Origin: an uncultured Candidatus Babeliaceae bacterium
GTDB taxonomy: Bacteria > Babelota > Babeliae > Babelales > Babelaceae
NCBI GenBank assembly: GCA_963704655.1
Contig: OY969927.1
Span: 928,001 to 992,000 of the forward strand
Direction of reading: 5' to 3'
Length of the DNA: 64,000 bases
The translations under genes and the position numbers were made by a program. Shown one piece after another: positions 41,661-51,085 of the stretch. The notes under the pieces are model-generated. The model worked only from the letters and a program-made list of their open reading frames with translations, searched no databases and was not told the DNA's origin. The stretch's first letter is position 1, and each line of letters starts with the position of its first letter.

Positions 41661-41930
41661 ATTGCTTTCTAAATCTTGCAAAATACGACCCACTAGGACC
41701 TTAATTTCTTGAAGTCTTAGTGGGTCATTTTTTTTGGGTTCAGTTTTTTGATTTTTTACCAACTCTGCATGTGCCGCATGAAATTTAAGATATTCTGCTG
41801 ATTGATCAGATTGCTCTGAAGGCGATTCAGGTTCCTGATTTGAATACTTTCGTAATTGTTCTTGAAAACGATCTTTTAAGCCTGAAGAAAAAAGTGTCAG
41901 GCTAAAAAATATAATATACCAATAGCGCAT
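41634..41930 (-). CDS. Hypothetical protein with leader peptide
   Basis: ORF with GGGG RBS-like upstream; hydrophobic N-terminus. Confidence 0.45.
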   Translation of the reverse strand: MRYWYIIFFSLTLFSSGLKDRFQEQLRKYSNQEPESPSEQSDQSAEYLKFHAAHAELVKNQKTEPKKNDPLRLQEIKVLVGRILQDLESNLSVDKVRK

Positions 41931-41993
41931 ATATAACCCCCCCAGGTTCTTAACCTTAAGTGTTACAAAGCATGTATGGGAAAGAAAGAGTTT

Positions 41994-42515
41994 TTACAAA
42001 ATAAATTCTATTAAAGCAATAGCATCTTCAATAACTTGCGTTACTAAAGGCTCACCTTCATCAAAAGCTTGAAGAACATAATCAGGTACTTCAATTTTCT
42101 CTAAAGGCCGTCCAATGCCAATACGAATGCGATGAAATGCATCGCCAATATACGAAATAATAGACTTTAAACCGTTATGCCCACGTGCGGACCCGCCCAA
42201 CTTATGATTAACTTTACCTACAGGTAATTCAAGCTCATCATGCACCACCAGAACTTCTTCTGGCTTAATGCCCTTTTTGGTAAAATAGGCAAGCACTTGG
42301 CCAGAGTTATTCATAAACGTCTGTGGCTTAACGAGATATACTTTATTACCATCCAAAGAAATTTCGGTAATAAGCATCTTATCTTTTTCTTGCCACTTTG
42401 CATGATATTTTTCTGCAAGGGCATCTAATACGCGAAAGCCAATTGAGTGGCGATGTTTATAAAAAGATTGGCCCGGATTACCCAGGCCAATAATAAGTTT
42501 AATATTTGATTTCAT
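41994..42515 (-). CDS. pth: Peptidyl-tRNA hydrolase
   Basis: IIGLGNPG, KPQTFMNNSG, VHDELELP, GHNGLKS, RIRIGIGRP. Confidence 0.97.
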   Translation of the reverse strand: MKSNIKLIIGLGNPGQSFYKHRHSIGFRVLDALAEKYHAKWQEKDKMLITEISLDGNKVYLVKPQTFMNNSGQVLAYFTKKGIKPEEVLVVHDELELPVGKVNHKLGGSARGHNGLKSIISYIGDAFHRIRIGIGRPLEKIEVPDYVLQAFDEGEPLVTQVIEDAIALIEFIL

Positions 42516-42525
42516 ACAAATAAAA

Positions 42526-43170
42526 TTAAAGTTTAGATGCTGGTTTAGCTGCAGCTTTTGGAGCTTCAGATGTCATCTTTTTTGCACGTTTTTCTGCTGC
42601 ATGTTTTGCATTAAGTTCAGCTACAACATCAGAAGTCATGTCTACCGCATTTTTTGCATACATTACAATATCTTTGTAAAGAACAAGGTCGTAACCTTTT
42701 TTGTCAGCTACAGCTTTTACAGCAGCATCAATTTTGAGTTTGAATTGATTTTGTAATTCAACAAATTGTGCTTGTGCTTTTTCTGAAAGTTGTTGATTTT
42801 TTGTTTGTAACTCTTGGAACATTGTCTGAATGTTTGCAGTTTCTTCTTTGGTAGGTTGTTTACCTTCTTTTTGTTTCGCTTCTAATTTTTTGTACTCTTC
42901 TTCAACTTTTGATTGCAATGTTTGAAGAGATTTTTGTTCTTTATCTAAGCCATCAGTAAGCGCTTTAAATGACTCTGTCCAACCTTCTGCTTTTGAGTTT
43001 GCTGGATTTTTTGGATCGATAATTTGGGCAATATCAACCGTTGCAAAGGTGCAACCGCAACTTGTTTTAGCTGCTGAAACGTCTGTTTTTACTGCAGGCG
43101 CCATAGCAAAAGCTGTACTAGAAACAAAAACTAACGCTGAAACGAGCAGTGATACACGTAATGTTTTCAT
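42526..43170 (-). CDS. skp: OmpH/Skp outer-membrane chaperone
   Basis: ATVDIAQI, long coiled coil, KGYDLVL, DMTSDVVAELN; signal peptide. Confidence 0.8.
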   Translation of the reverse strand: MKTLRVSLLVSALVFVSSTAFAMAPAVKTDVSAAKTSCGCTFATVDIAQIIDPKNPANSKAEGWTESFKALTDGLDKEQKSLQTLQSKVEEEYKKLEAKQKEGKQPTKEETANIQTMFQELQTKNQQLSEKAQAQFVELQNQFKLKIDAAVKAVADKKGYDLVLYKDIVMYAKNAVDMTSDVVAELNAKHAAEKRAKKMTSEAPKAAAKPASKL

Positions 43171-43249
43171 AAAATATCCTTCTATAAAAATGGAACAAAA
43201 ATGTATCATAAAGCTACTGCGGAATAGAGGAAGAGTCAATAGAGACAGA

Positions 43250-43375
43250 AAAAAAGTGGCTCGCCATCGGCAGCCTGCCAAGCCTGAAGGCGTGGATAGG
43301 CGTAAGATGGTGGAGGCGATGGGAATCGAATCCCCTTTCGCGCTAACCGCGCTACAGAGGACAGGCCCATGCCGC
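43250..43375 (-). repeat. Duplicated tmRNA 3' end and downstream hairpin, with a 35-bp palindrome inserted at the T-loop
   Basis: TGGTGGAGGCGATGGGAATCGAA[35 bp, 43331-43365]CCCATG vs intact copy at 43489. Confidence 0.85.
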
Positions 43376-43488
43376 TTATACTTGTATAAGATGTTTATTT
43401 CTAAATAACAACACTGTTGTCAGATTTTAACCATTTTCTCAAATAAAAAAAATGGCCTGCCATCTGTAGCTCCGAAAGGAGCGCAAGA

Positions 43489-43876
43489 TGGTGGAGGCGA
43501 TGGGAATCGAACCCATGTCCGCAACACATCAGACTCAAAGCGCTACATGTTTAGTTATTGCTTATACCGCTATGACTCTTTCAATAACAAAAAAATGTCA
43601 TAGGGCCTGTTCAGTAATTGTTACGCCACACAACAAAAAAGTCTTGCGTAACATTCTATCTGGATTATACGTGCTTAATCAACTGATAGACACGCCAATT
43701 AAACAAGAGCTCTTAAAAAAAGTTGCTAAGGCTTACGCCATAGCAAGGTTTTGATAAGAATAGCCACTCATATTAGGAGTTGCGTTTATTGTTTGATCAA
43801 TTCTTTAACGAGCACTTAATCAACGCTCGACATGCTCTTTAAGACGTCAACACCACGTCGAAGCCAGTACGCCCCC
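43489..43876 (-). ncRNA. ssrA: tmRNA; tag (A)ATPNMSGYSYQNLAMA* at 43783-43733
   Basis: 5' GGGGGCGTACTGGCTTCGAC, 3' GGGTTCGATTCCCATCGCCTCCACCA, tag reading frame ending LAMA, adjacent smpB. Confidence 0.95.
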
Positions 43877-43914
43877 GAAAATTTCAAATTAGACACCTGT
43901 TATTATTACAGGTA

Positions 43915-44105
43915 ATTAAGAGAGCAACACCACAGCCTGCCCGCTGAAGCTTGCCAAGCCGGAAGGCCTGGATAAGCGAAAGCTGGGTCGAAGCCAGTAC
44001 GCCCCCGTATATTTCAAAATTGATTCTCAGAAACCAGCCCTCTGTAGCTTGCCGAGGCTGAAGCCCCGGATAAGCGTAAGATGGGTACGCCCCCGAAAAT
44101 TTCAA
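43915..44105 (-). repeat. Two extra copies of the tmRNA 5' end, each interrupted by a palindromic element
   Basis: CAACACCAC[53 bp]GTCGAAGCCAGTACGCCCCCG and GAAACCAG[48 bp]TACGCCCCCGAAAATTTCAA. Confidence 0.85.
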
Positions 44106-44113
44106 TTAATACC

Positions 44114-44142
44114 AGTTTATCACAAGGGGAAAAAATTGGCAA
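44114..44142 (-). promoter_or_regulatory. Probable ssrA promoter
   Basis: TTGCCA-17 nt-TAAACT with TG extension, upstream of the outermost 5'-end copy. Confidence 0.55.
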
Positions 44143-44601
44143 TTAGGCATCATATTTGCCCCGTAGCTCACGACGCGTTTCACGGGCAATATCACGCTCT
44201 TTAATCTCTTCTTTACGCTCATGGGCCTTTTTATGCTTACATAAGGCAAGTTCAACCTTAACCCGGCCCTTTTCATTAAAATAGAGCTTAAGGGGAACAA
44301 GGGTAATGCCCTTTTTTGCTACTTCCATCATAATGCGATTAAGCTGTTTACGCGAAACAAGCAATTTCCTACTGCGTTTAACAAGTTCTTCAAGCTTTTG
44401 ATAGGCATGTGAATAGGGTGAAATCTGACAGTTAATTAAAAAAAGCTCGTTGTTATGGATTGAGCCGAATGCCCCCACAAGCTGAGCGTGGCCAGCGCGA
44501 AGTGATTTAACCTCATCACCCTTAAGAACTATACCCGTTTCATAAGTTTCAATAATATCATAATCGTGAAATGCTTTTTTATTTTGAGCTATTATTTTCA
44601 T
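44143..44601 (-). CDS. smpB: SsrA-binding protein
   Basis: NKKAFHDY, ETGIVLKGDEVKSLR, RKLL, TLVPLKLYF. Confidence 0.97.
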   Translation of the reverse strand: MKIIAQNKKAFHDYDIIETYETGIVLKGDEVKSLRAGHAQLVGAFGSIHNNELFLINCQISPYSHAYQKLEELVKRSRKLLVSRKQLNRIMMEVAKKGITLVPLKLYFNEKGRVKVELALCKHKKAHERKEEIKERDIARETRRELRGKYDA

Positions 44602-45076
44602 ATTTTTTGGCAAGATGAGTATAAAGATGTTTAAACACAGGGTACAAGGGTACCGTAACTAGTATAGCAAAAATAACGCCGCCTACTATAAAATACCAAA
44701 AGCAGACCTGCTTGATACCCAGATAGGTTAGTAAGGTAGGGGCAATTTTTTGTTCGATCCAATTAAACCAGCTTGGGTTATAAGCGCATAAATCCAAGGG
44801 GATAATATAAGTAAAAAGTACATATCCAGTTAAATAGTTTGCAATAACAATAGGAATTGTGGTAAGAAATGGATTATTGACAAGATAAAGAACTGAAAAA
44901 ACAAGAGGTACAGAAAGACCAAGTGCCCAGGCAAAAAAAATTGCCAGCCAAGTCTGCAAACCCAAAAAGGGCGAAAGCCCAATAAAAATACCCAAACAGG
45001 TAGCATATGCAAGTCTTGATGGATCACGCTCAAGTAAGAAAAATTTATGCGCAAGCGTTTGAAAAAATTTTTTCAT
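44579..45076 (-). CDS. DUF2062 family membrane protein
   Basis: P.RLA.A..LGIFIGLSPFLGLQT, NNPFLT. Confidence 0.8.
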   Translation of the reverse strand: MKKFFQTLAHKFFLLERDPSRLAYATCLGIFIGLSPFLGLQTWLAIFFAWALGLSVPLVFSVLYLVNNPFLTTIPIVIANYLTGYVLFTYIIPLDLCAYNPSWFNWIEQKIAPTLLTYLGIKQVCFWYFIVGGVIFAILVTVPLYPVFKHLYTHLAKKYENNSSK

Positions 45077-45185
45077 CTGTCCCCCTAGGTTTATCCCTAA
45101 AAATTAGGTATTCTAAAGTTCAGAGTACGAAATTTTATTCCATTTTATCTAGATCTTTAATAAAAAGTAACCCCGGAGAAATCGT

Positions 45186-45830
45186 ATGAAAAACAATAAC
45201 TTACAAAAAATATTCCTCACTCTTTTAATATTCAGCGCCTTTTATTGTCACTCAAGTGTGCCAACCCAAACCTATACCTATGTCATAAAAGCTGACTCGG
45301 ACCAACGTGATCCCGTGCATATTAAATGTACCTACAAAGGGTGTGTGATTGACCTCAGTGATGGCATCGATTTTTTACCGGAAACTGATCTGATTAACAA
45401 TTTCGCGATAATAATAACTCCTGAACACCCAAGAGTTTCAAGTGGAACCGTATCGCACCTTGAAAGAATTCCTGACGTTGACTGTCTTTGGTATGATGTT
45501 TCATGGACCAAAGAGGGCACAAAAACTGTATGGGCCATTGAACAGCGCGCAGAAGATGATATGCCATTACGCATACCGCACAACGCAATTATTATCTGTT
45601 ATCCAATAGAGTTTATAGAAAAGCTAGAAGACAAAACACCGCAAGAATCATCAACCATTATCCATTTGCCTTCTATTGTTTTAAAAAAGAATCTTACGCA
45701 AGATGAAAAAAAGAAACGAGATGATGGCCTTACTCGTTCCATTCTTGCACAAGTTGATGTCAATGCACGGCTAACACCATCTAAACTGGTTAAAAAAGGC
45801 AACAACATTAAAAATGCACGCGCAGCCTAA
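45186..45830 (+). CDS. Hypothetical exported protein
   Basis: Signal peptide; abuts tsaD. Confidence 0.55.
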   Translation: MKNNNLQKIFLTLLIFSAFYCHSSVPTQTYTYVIKADSDQRDPVHIKCTYKGCVIDLSDGIDFLPETDLINNFAIIITPEHPRVSSGTVSHLERIPDVDCLWYDVSWTKEGTKTVWAIEQRAEDDMPLRIPHNAIIICYPIEFIEKLEDKTPQESSTIIHLPSIVLKKNLTQDEKKKRDDGLTRSILAQVDVNARLTPSKLVKKGNNIKNARAA

Positions 45831-45834
45831 AACT

Positions 45835-46857
45835 ATGGAAAAACTTATATTAGCTATAGAAAGCTCATGTGATGAAACAGCAGCTGCAGTATACAGTAGT
45901 ACACGTGGCGTACTTTCAAATAAACTTTTTTCACAGATAGATCTGCATGCAAAATATGGCGGCGTTGTTCCAGAAATAGCTTCACGTTCACATATTGAAA
46001 AAATTAATCCTATTATTCAACAAGCATTAGACGCTGCGCAGGTAAATCTTGTTGATATCGATACCATTGCAGTTACACAACGTCCAGGACTTCCTGGATC
46101 TCTTTTGATTGGCGTATGCTTTGCAAAAGCACTTGCTGGGTCACTTAATAAAAAAATTATTGGCGTTAATCATTTAGAAGGGCACGCATTTTCAGCATGC
46201 ATAGAAAATGAAATTAAATTTCCATTTTTATGTTTAACGGCATCTGGTGGGCATACGGCGGTTTATTATATTAAAGGCTTTGGTGATTATGAAGTAATTG
46301 GCCAAACAACAGACGATGCTGCTGGCGAAGCATTTGATAAAGTTGCAAAACTTCTTGGATTACTTTATCCTGGCGGACCAGTAATTGAAAAACTCGCAAC
46401 CCAAGTAAATTTTGAAGACTTTTTCCACTACCCGCGACTTAAAGACACTACTACACTTGATTTTAGTTTTTCAGGACTTAAAACGGCTGTATTATACGAC
46501 TTAGTAAAAAGGGGCCTGTATAACCTGCAAGATAAAAAATTTCTTGCGCCGGGCGATATCGAGCTACAACAAAAAGTTTCTAGCTCTCTGCTGGTATGTA
46601 TCGGAGATATCTTTGAACGTGTTCTTGAGCGCGCTTTAAAACGCTATCCCGATGCAACAGCTATCTCATTTGTTGGCGGCGTTGCATGCAACAAATATCT
46701 TAAAAATCGCTTAACGATTATGGCGACAAAGCACAAAAAAGATTTTTATTCCCCATCACCACAATACTGCACAGATAATGCTGCCATGATCGCATATGTT
46801 GCTCAATACAAAGCAGCTCAAAATAATTATTCTGATCTATCCATGGATATTTATTAA
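45835..46857 (+). CDS. tsaD: tRNA N6-adenosine threonylcarbamoyltransferase TsaD
   Basis: LAIESSCDET, GGVVPEIASRSH, NHLEGH, SGGHT, DDAAGEAFDK, FSFSGLKT, CTDNAAMIA; alternative start 45814. Confidence 0.97.
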   Translation: MEKLILAIESSCDETAAAVYSSTRGVLSNKLFSQIDLHAKYGGVVPEIASRSHIEKINPIIQQALDAAQVNLVDIDTIAVTQRPGLPGSLLIGVCFAKALAGSLNKKIIGVNHLEGHAFSACIENEIKFPFLCLTASGGHTAVYYIKGFGDYEVIGQTTDDAAGEAFDKVAKLLGLLYPGGPVIEKLATQVNFEDFFHYPRLKDTTTLDFSFSGLKTAVLYDLVKRGLYNLQDKKFLAPGDIELQQKVSSSLLVCIGDIFERVLERALKRYPDATAISFVGGVACNKYLKNRLTIMATKHKKDFYSPSPQYCTDNAAMIAYVAQYKAAQNNYSDLSMDIY

Positions 46858-47206
46858 TTGAGTAGATCTTGAATAGCAATTTTTTCGCGGTGCGTATTAA
46901 GCAGATCTTGAACGGTAATTTTTTCGCGCGGCACTACGTTTGCAGCTTCGATTAATAGATCAAAATTTCCGCGATCTTTTTTCTTCTAGATACAGTTTTT
47001 TTTCGAGCACTAGATTTAGGTTTTCTGCTAGGCGCAGTAGCTTTTGCTGAATAAGAAGTCTTTTTCATAATTTCTTGTACCTGCTTTGTTATCTCCTCAA
47101 CCCAGGCCTTAGTGGTATATTTACCAAACATACGCCCACTGCCAGTTTCTGCAGCAGAAACAATGCCAGTAGCGCATAACATAATTAATAAAAATATCTT
47201 TTTCAT
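46854..47206 (-). CDS. Secreted basic protein; 84-aa ORF (46952..47206) with probable -1 frame extension to 46854
   Basis: Signal peptide, K/R-rich tract, A_AAA_AAG at 46982-46976, -1 frame open to the tsaD stop. Confidence 0.55.
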
Positions 47207-47360
47207 GTGAAATCCTCTAATCTTGCTATTATTTTATACATATAACATAAGATAATTATAATAGAAAATAATAAAAAAGCAATTCAGAGGCATTTTTTTT
47301 AAAAAAATTGAAGAAAAAAAAGGGTAAATATTCAAATTTATACGGTAAAATCTACTTAGA

Positions 47361-47852
47361 TCATTTGCATGCTGTTTTACTTTTTTTAGATAAATTTCTC
47401 TTTTTCTTTCTATAAAGGTCTTTTTGATCAACACAATATTCTAAGTATTTCTGACCACGCATTTTTAGCAAATCATTTGTCAACGCTGTTTTCTCCAATG
47501 AATTAGTTGTTGCGTTTAGACCAATTAATCCATACCACAATTCATCAATACTTACATTAAGCTCACAAGCAAATATAGCGAATTTTGAAAGATCTGAACC
47601 AATTCTTTTTGCCACAAAAGACTTTGGGCACGCTCTTTTTAATACAGTCTCTCGATATTTTAACTGTGAGCTAAGCCTAGGAAATAAGTTCCCATCAGGT
47701 TCCGACAACTCTATAAGCGGCCTAAGAGAAAGAGGAGTTTTATGAACCTCATTCATAGCATAGAGTGAAGACATTAGAAAAAAATACATTAAAGATACGT
47801 TATGCCCGTTGATCAATAGGTTGCGTAGAAGCTGCAGGTCCGCTAGTACCAT
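47361..47852 (-). CDS. Hypothetical protein (start possibly 47789)
   Basis: Leader ending SLYA-M; basic C-terminus. Confidence 0.45.
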   Translation of the reverse strand: MVLADLQLLRNLLINGHNVSLMYFFLMSSLYAMNEVHKTPLSLRPLIELSEPDGNLFPRLSSQLKYRETVLKRACPKSFVAKRIGSDLSKFAIFACELNVSIDELWYGLIGLNATTNSLEKTALTNDLLKMRGQKYLEYCVDQKDLYRKKKRNLSKKSKTACK

Positions 47853-49110
47853 TTTTCTTACTCATCGAATCCAAAAACTCTTCGTTAGTTTTGCATTTTT
47901 TAATCTTATCAATCAAAATCTCCATACCTTCAGTAGTATTCATAGTGGACAAGAATTTACGCAAGATACGAACACGGTTAAGTTCAGCTTCAGAAAGAAG
48001 TAATTCTTCACGACGCGTACCAGACAAGAGTAAATCAAATGCAGGGAATATACGCAAGTTAGCAAGTTTGCGGCTTAAATGCATTTCCATATTACCAGTA
48101 CCTTTAAACTCTTCAAAGATAACTTCGTCCATTCTAGAACCAGTTTCTACAAGTGCCGTTGCAATAATCGTTAATGAACCACCTTCTTCGGTATTACGCG
48201 CAGCACCAAAAAAGCGCTTTGGACGCTGTAATGCGTTAGCATCGATACCACCTGTTAAGATTTTACCAGAAGCTGGCGCAACCGTGTTATAAGCACGCGC
48301 AAGACGAGTTATAGAATCAAGAACGATTGCAACATCTTTTCCTGCTTCCACTAAACGCTTTGCCTTTTCAAGAACAATATCCGCAACTTGCACATGGCGC
48401 TCAGCAGGCTCATCAAACGTAGAACTAATAACTTCAACATTTCTGCCTTTAACACCGCGACGCATATCAGCAACTTCTTCAGGTCGCTCGTCGATCAATA
48501 ACACCATTAAATAAACTTCAGGATGATTAACAGCGATTGTTTGGGCAATTTCTTTAAGAAGGACAGTCTTACCCGTTTTAGGTGGCGCTACAATAAGACC
48601 ACGTTGGCCTTTTCCTACAGGAGAAAAGAGGTCCATGATGCGCGTAGAGACAAAACCAGGAGTAGATTCAAAAATAAACTTTTTTTCTGGATGTAATGGC
48701 GAAAGACGATCAAAATGTGGGCGATCGCTTAACTGAACAGGGTTTTGGCCGTTTACATGATTTACCTTTAGAAGAGCAAAATACTTTTCACCCTCTTTTG
48801 GCTTACGAATAACACCGTTAATAATATCACCGGTACGTAAATAAAAACGACGAATTTGAGATGGAGAAACATAAATATCATCCGGGCCAGAAACATAATC
48901 GTAAGCACTTGAACGCAAGAAGCCAAAACCATCTGGCAGACGCTCAAGAACACCTTCAACTTCAATTTCCTTTTCTGGATTTTGCTCAAGTTCAACGATC
49001 TTGTTAACCAATGCATCTTTGGTCATAAGTCCCGCACCAACAATGCCTAGTTTACGTGCATAAGCATGCAAATCAACAAGACTCATCTCCTTTAAAGCTT
49101 GATCTCTCAT
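47800..49110 (-). CDS. rho: Transcription termination factor Rho
   Basis: [64 protein letters not shown]. Confidence 0.98.
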   Translation of the reverse strand: MRDQALKEMSLVDLHAYARKLGIVGAGLMTKDALVNKIVELEQNPEKEIEVEGVLERLPDGFGFLRSSAYDYVSGPDDIYVSPSQIRRFYLRTGDIINGVIRKPKEGEKYFALLKVNHVNGQNPVQLSDRPHFDRLSPLHPEKKFIFESTPGFVSTRIMDLFSPVGKGQRGLIVAPPKTGKTVLLKEIAQTIAVNHPEVYLMVLLIDERPEEVADMRRGVKGRNVEVISSTFDEPAERHVQVADIVLEKAKRLVEAGKDVAIVLDSITRLARAYNTVAPASGKILTGGIDANALQRPKRFFGAARNTEEGGSLTIIATALVETGSRMDEVIFEEFKGTGNMEMHLSRKLANLRIFPAFDLLLSGTRREELLLSEAELNRVRILRKFLSTMNTTEGMEILIDKIKKCKTNEEFLDSMSKKNGTSGPAASTQPIDQRA

Positions 49111-49274
49111 GCAAAAAACTCCTTATAAAACATTATGAAACATAATTTTTGTGATTAAAGACAAAGAGAGCACTTGAAAGCGGGCTCTCTTTCTATTAGT
49201 TACCGTAAAATATTTTCTGATACAAGCTCAAGAGCTTTTAAGCGCCCATTAGCTATTTGGTGTGCTTCAGCGCA

Positions 49275-50183
49275 CTATCTTTTTCTATATAAAAACATCA
49301 TTACCGGACTTGCGATATAAATCGATGAATAGGTACCAAAAACGAAACCTATCAACAACGCAATAGATAACGTGCGTAAAACTTCGCCGCCAAAAATAGC
49401 CAGCGGAACAACCACCAATGTGGTTGCAAAACTTGTTAACAACGTTCTGCGCAATGTTTCATTTAAACTGATATTTACAATCTGATGCAAAGTATGCCCA
49501 GGCAAACGAACAATATTCTCTCTGATACGAGAGAAGATAACAATTGTATCATTGATCGAATAACCAAGCACCGCTAAAACTGCACCGATTACGTTTAACG
49601 AAATCTCAAAATCAAAGAATAAAAAGAATGCTAAAATCACTATCACGTCATGGAATAACGCAAAAACTGCGCCTGCCGCAAAGGCAAATGACCAAAAACG
49701 CAATGCAATATATAACAACATGAAAAAGAGGCCAACAGCTATAGCCTGAATAGATTTCCAGCGCATAGTTTCGCCAACACCCGCTGTAATAGCATCGGTC
49801 TGTTGAATCACTACAGTAGTATCTGGTAATTCTTGCTGTAAGACATCACGCATAGTTTCAGCAAGTCTTTCAATTGAATCACCAATTGAACGTAATGGCA
49901 CACGCACGATAACATCAGCACTATTAGTAAATGTTCTTACTACTACGCCAGATATTCCGTGATTTTCAAAAATCTCTTTTACTTTTTCACCTGAAACTGG
50001 CTTTGAGAAACTATAAAGCACCTCTAAACCACCAGTGAACTCAACACTATATACAAAAGCTTGATGGTCAGGATTCGTGGTAACTTTATACCAATAGCCG
50101 CCAATAAAACTCAAAAAAAATAGTGTCGAAAGAGTCGCATAAACCGATCGATATTTTAAAAAATCTATCATCACACTCTCCAA
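49275..50183 (-). CDS. secF: Protein translocase subunit SecF
   Basis: VEFTGG, YIALRF, ALFHDV, LGYSINDTIVIFSRIREN, RTLLTS, GTYSSIYIASP. Confidence 0.95.
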   Translation of the reverse strand: MESVMIDFLKYRSVYATLSTLFFLSFIGGYWYKVTTNPDHQAFVYSVEFTGGLEVLYSFSKPVSGEKVKEIFENHGISGVVVRTFTNSADVIVRVPLRSIGDSIERLAETMRDVLQQELPDTTVVIQQTDAITAGVGETMRWKSIQAIAVGLFFMLLYIALRFWSFAFAAGAVFALFHDVIVILAFFLFFDFEISLNVIGAVLAVLGYSINDTIVIFSRIRENIVRLPGHTLHQIVNISLNETLRRTLLTSFATTLVVVPLAIFGGEVLRTLSIALLIGFVFGTYSSIYIASPVMMFLYRKR

Positions 50184-50186
50184 GTG

Positions 50187-50435
50187 TTAAAGAACAGATA
50201 CGTATTTACGTCCTTGTTGCCCAAAATGGAATTTTACAAGGCCACCACCCATAGCAAAAATAGTATCATCGCTGCCGATACCTACGTTTTTACCTGGATG
50301 AATTCGTGTTCCACGTTGACGAACAATAATTTCGCCGCCGCTTACACGCTGACCATCAAATAATTTGACACCTAAACGTCTGCCAATACTGTCGCGTCCG
50401 TTGGAAGTTGAACCGCCTTGTTTACTTGTTGCCAC
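50187..50435 (-). CDS. rpmA: 50S ribosomal protein L27
   Basis: [41 protein letters not shown] start. Confidence 0.97.
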   Translation of the reverse strand: MATSKQGGSTSNGRDSIGRRLGVKLFDGQRVSGGEIIVRQRGTRIHPGKNVGIGSDDTIFAMGGGLVKFHFGQQGRKYVSVL

Positions 50436-50603
50436 CGCAATTCCCTTGTACTAAAAGAATGGTAATTTTTACTTTTTTTTTGAATTATTTTTGGGTGTTC
50501 ACCCAGCAGGATAACCCGCTGCTTAAGAGACTAAGCATTTTTAATTATGAATAATCCCTTTAAAATGTCAAGCCGCCCATTTTCTTGAAATTATTTACTT
50601 TTT

Positions 50604-50996
50604 CTATTTTACCAGCGTGGTACGCATAAAGCTTTTTAATAATAGATCAGCATGCTTTAAACTGTCTTCCAGACTATATCTTGCATTTCTTTTAAATTTA
50701 TCGTTGTAATATTCAAGCATAAATTCATCATGCCTTTTTTCGCATTCAGCTACAATTTCTGGAGCAAAAACAACACTCGAGGCTCCAGCAACAGCCAAAG
50801 CGCCACCAACAGGAACTCTTAAAATATTTCCTATAACACTATCGTCAAATGCTACCATAGTCCGCAAGCCACATAAGCATAGGACTATCCCAGCAACTCT
50901 AACCATATCTTCTCTATTATCGTTATTGCTACCAAGCCAACCAGCTTGCACCATCGACACAAGCGCCAATGTTGCTAAAATCAACAATTTTTTCAT
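50604..50996 (-). CDS. Hypothetical exported/membrane protein
   Basis: MKK signal peptide, hydrophobic segments. Confidence 0.55.
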   Translation of the reverse strand: MKKLLILATLALVSMVQAGWLGSNNDNREDMVRVAGIVLCLCGLRTMVAFDDSVIGNILRVPVGGALAVAGASSVVFAPEIVAECEKRHDEFMLEYYNDKFKRNARYSLEDSLKHADLLLKSFMRTTLVK

Positions 50997-51085
50997 AAAA
51001 ATATCCCCATGTTTAATATTCTAATCTATCAATTTAATAATAATCTATTAGAGAATTAAATCAATCGAGTATTGATTATGCCAGC

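Noticed and set aside
43308-43520. Intact prophage or genomic island integrated at ssrA
   Set aside because: Only ~110 bp lie between the two 3'-end copies and there is no integrase; at most a scar.
43250-44105. CRISPR array suggested by recurring repeats with spacers
   Set aside because: The repeats are tmRNA termini, irregularly spaced and interrupted by palindromes; no cas genes in the window.
43049-44300. ORFs 43049..43408, 43488..43754, 43884..44105, 44106..44300
   Set aside because: Artefactual translations of tmRNA, its duplicated ends, or alternative frames of skp and smpB.
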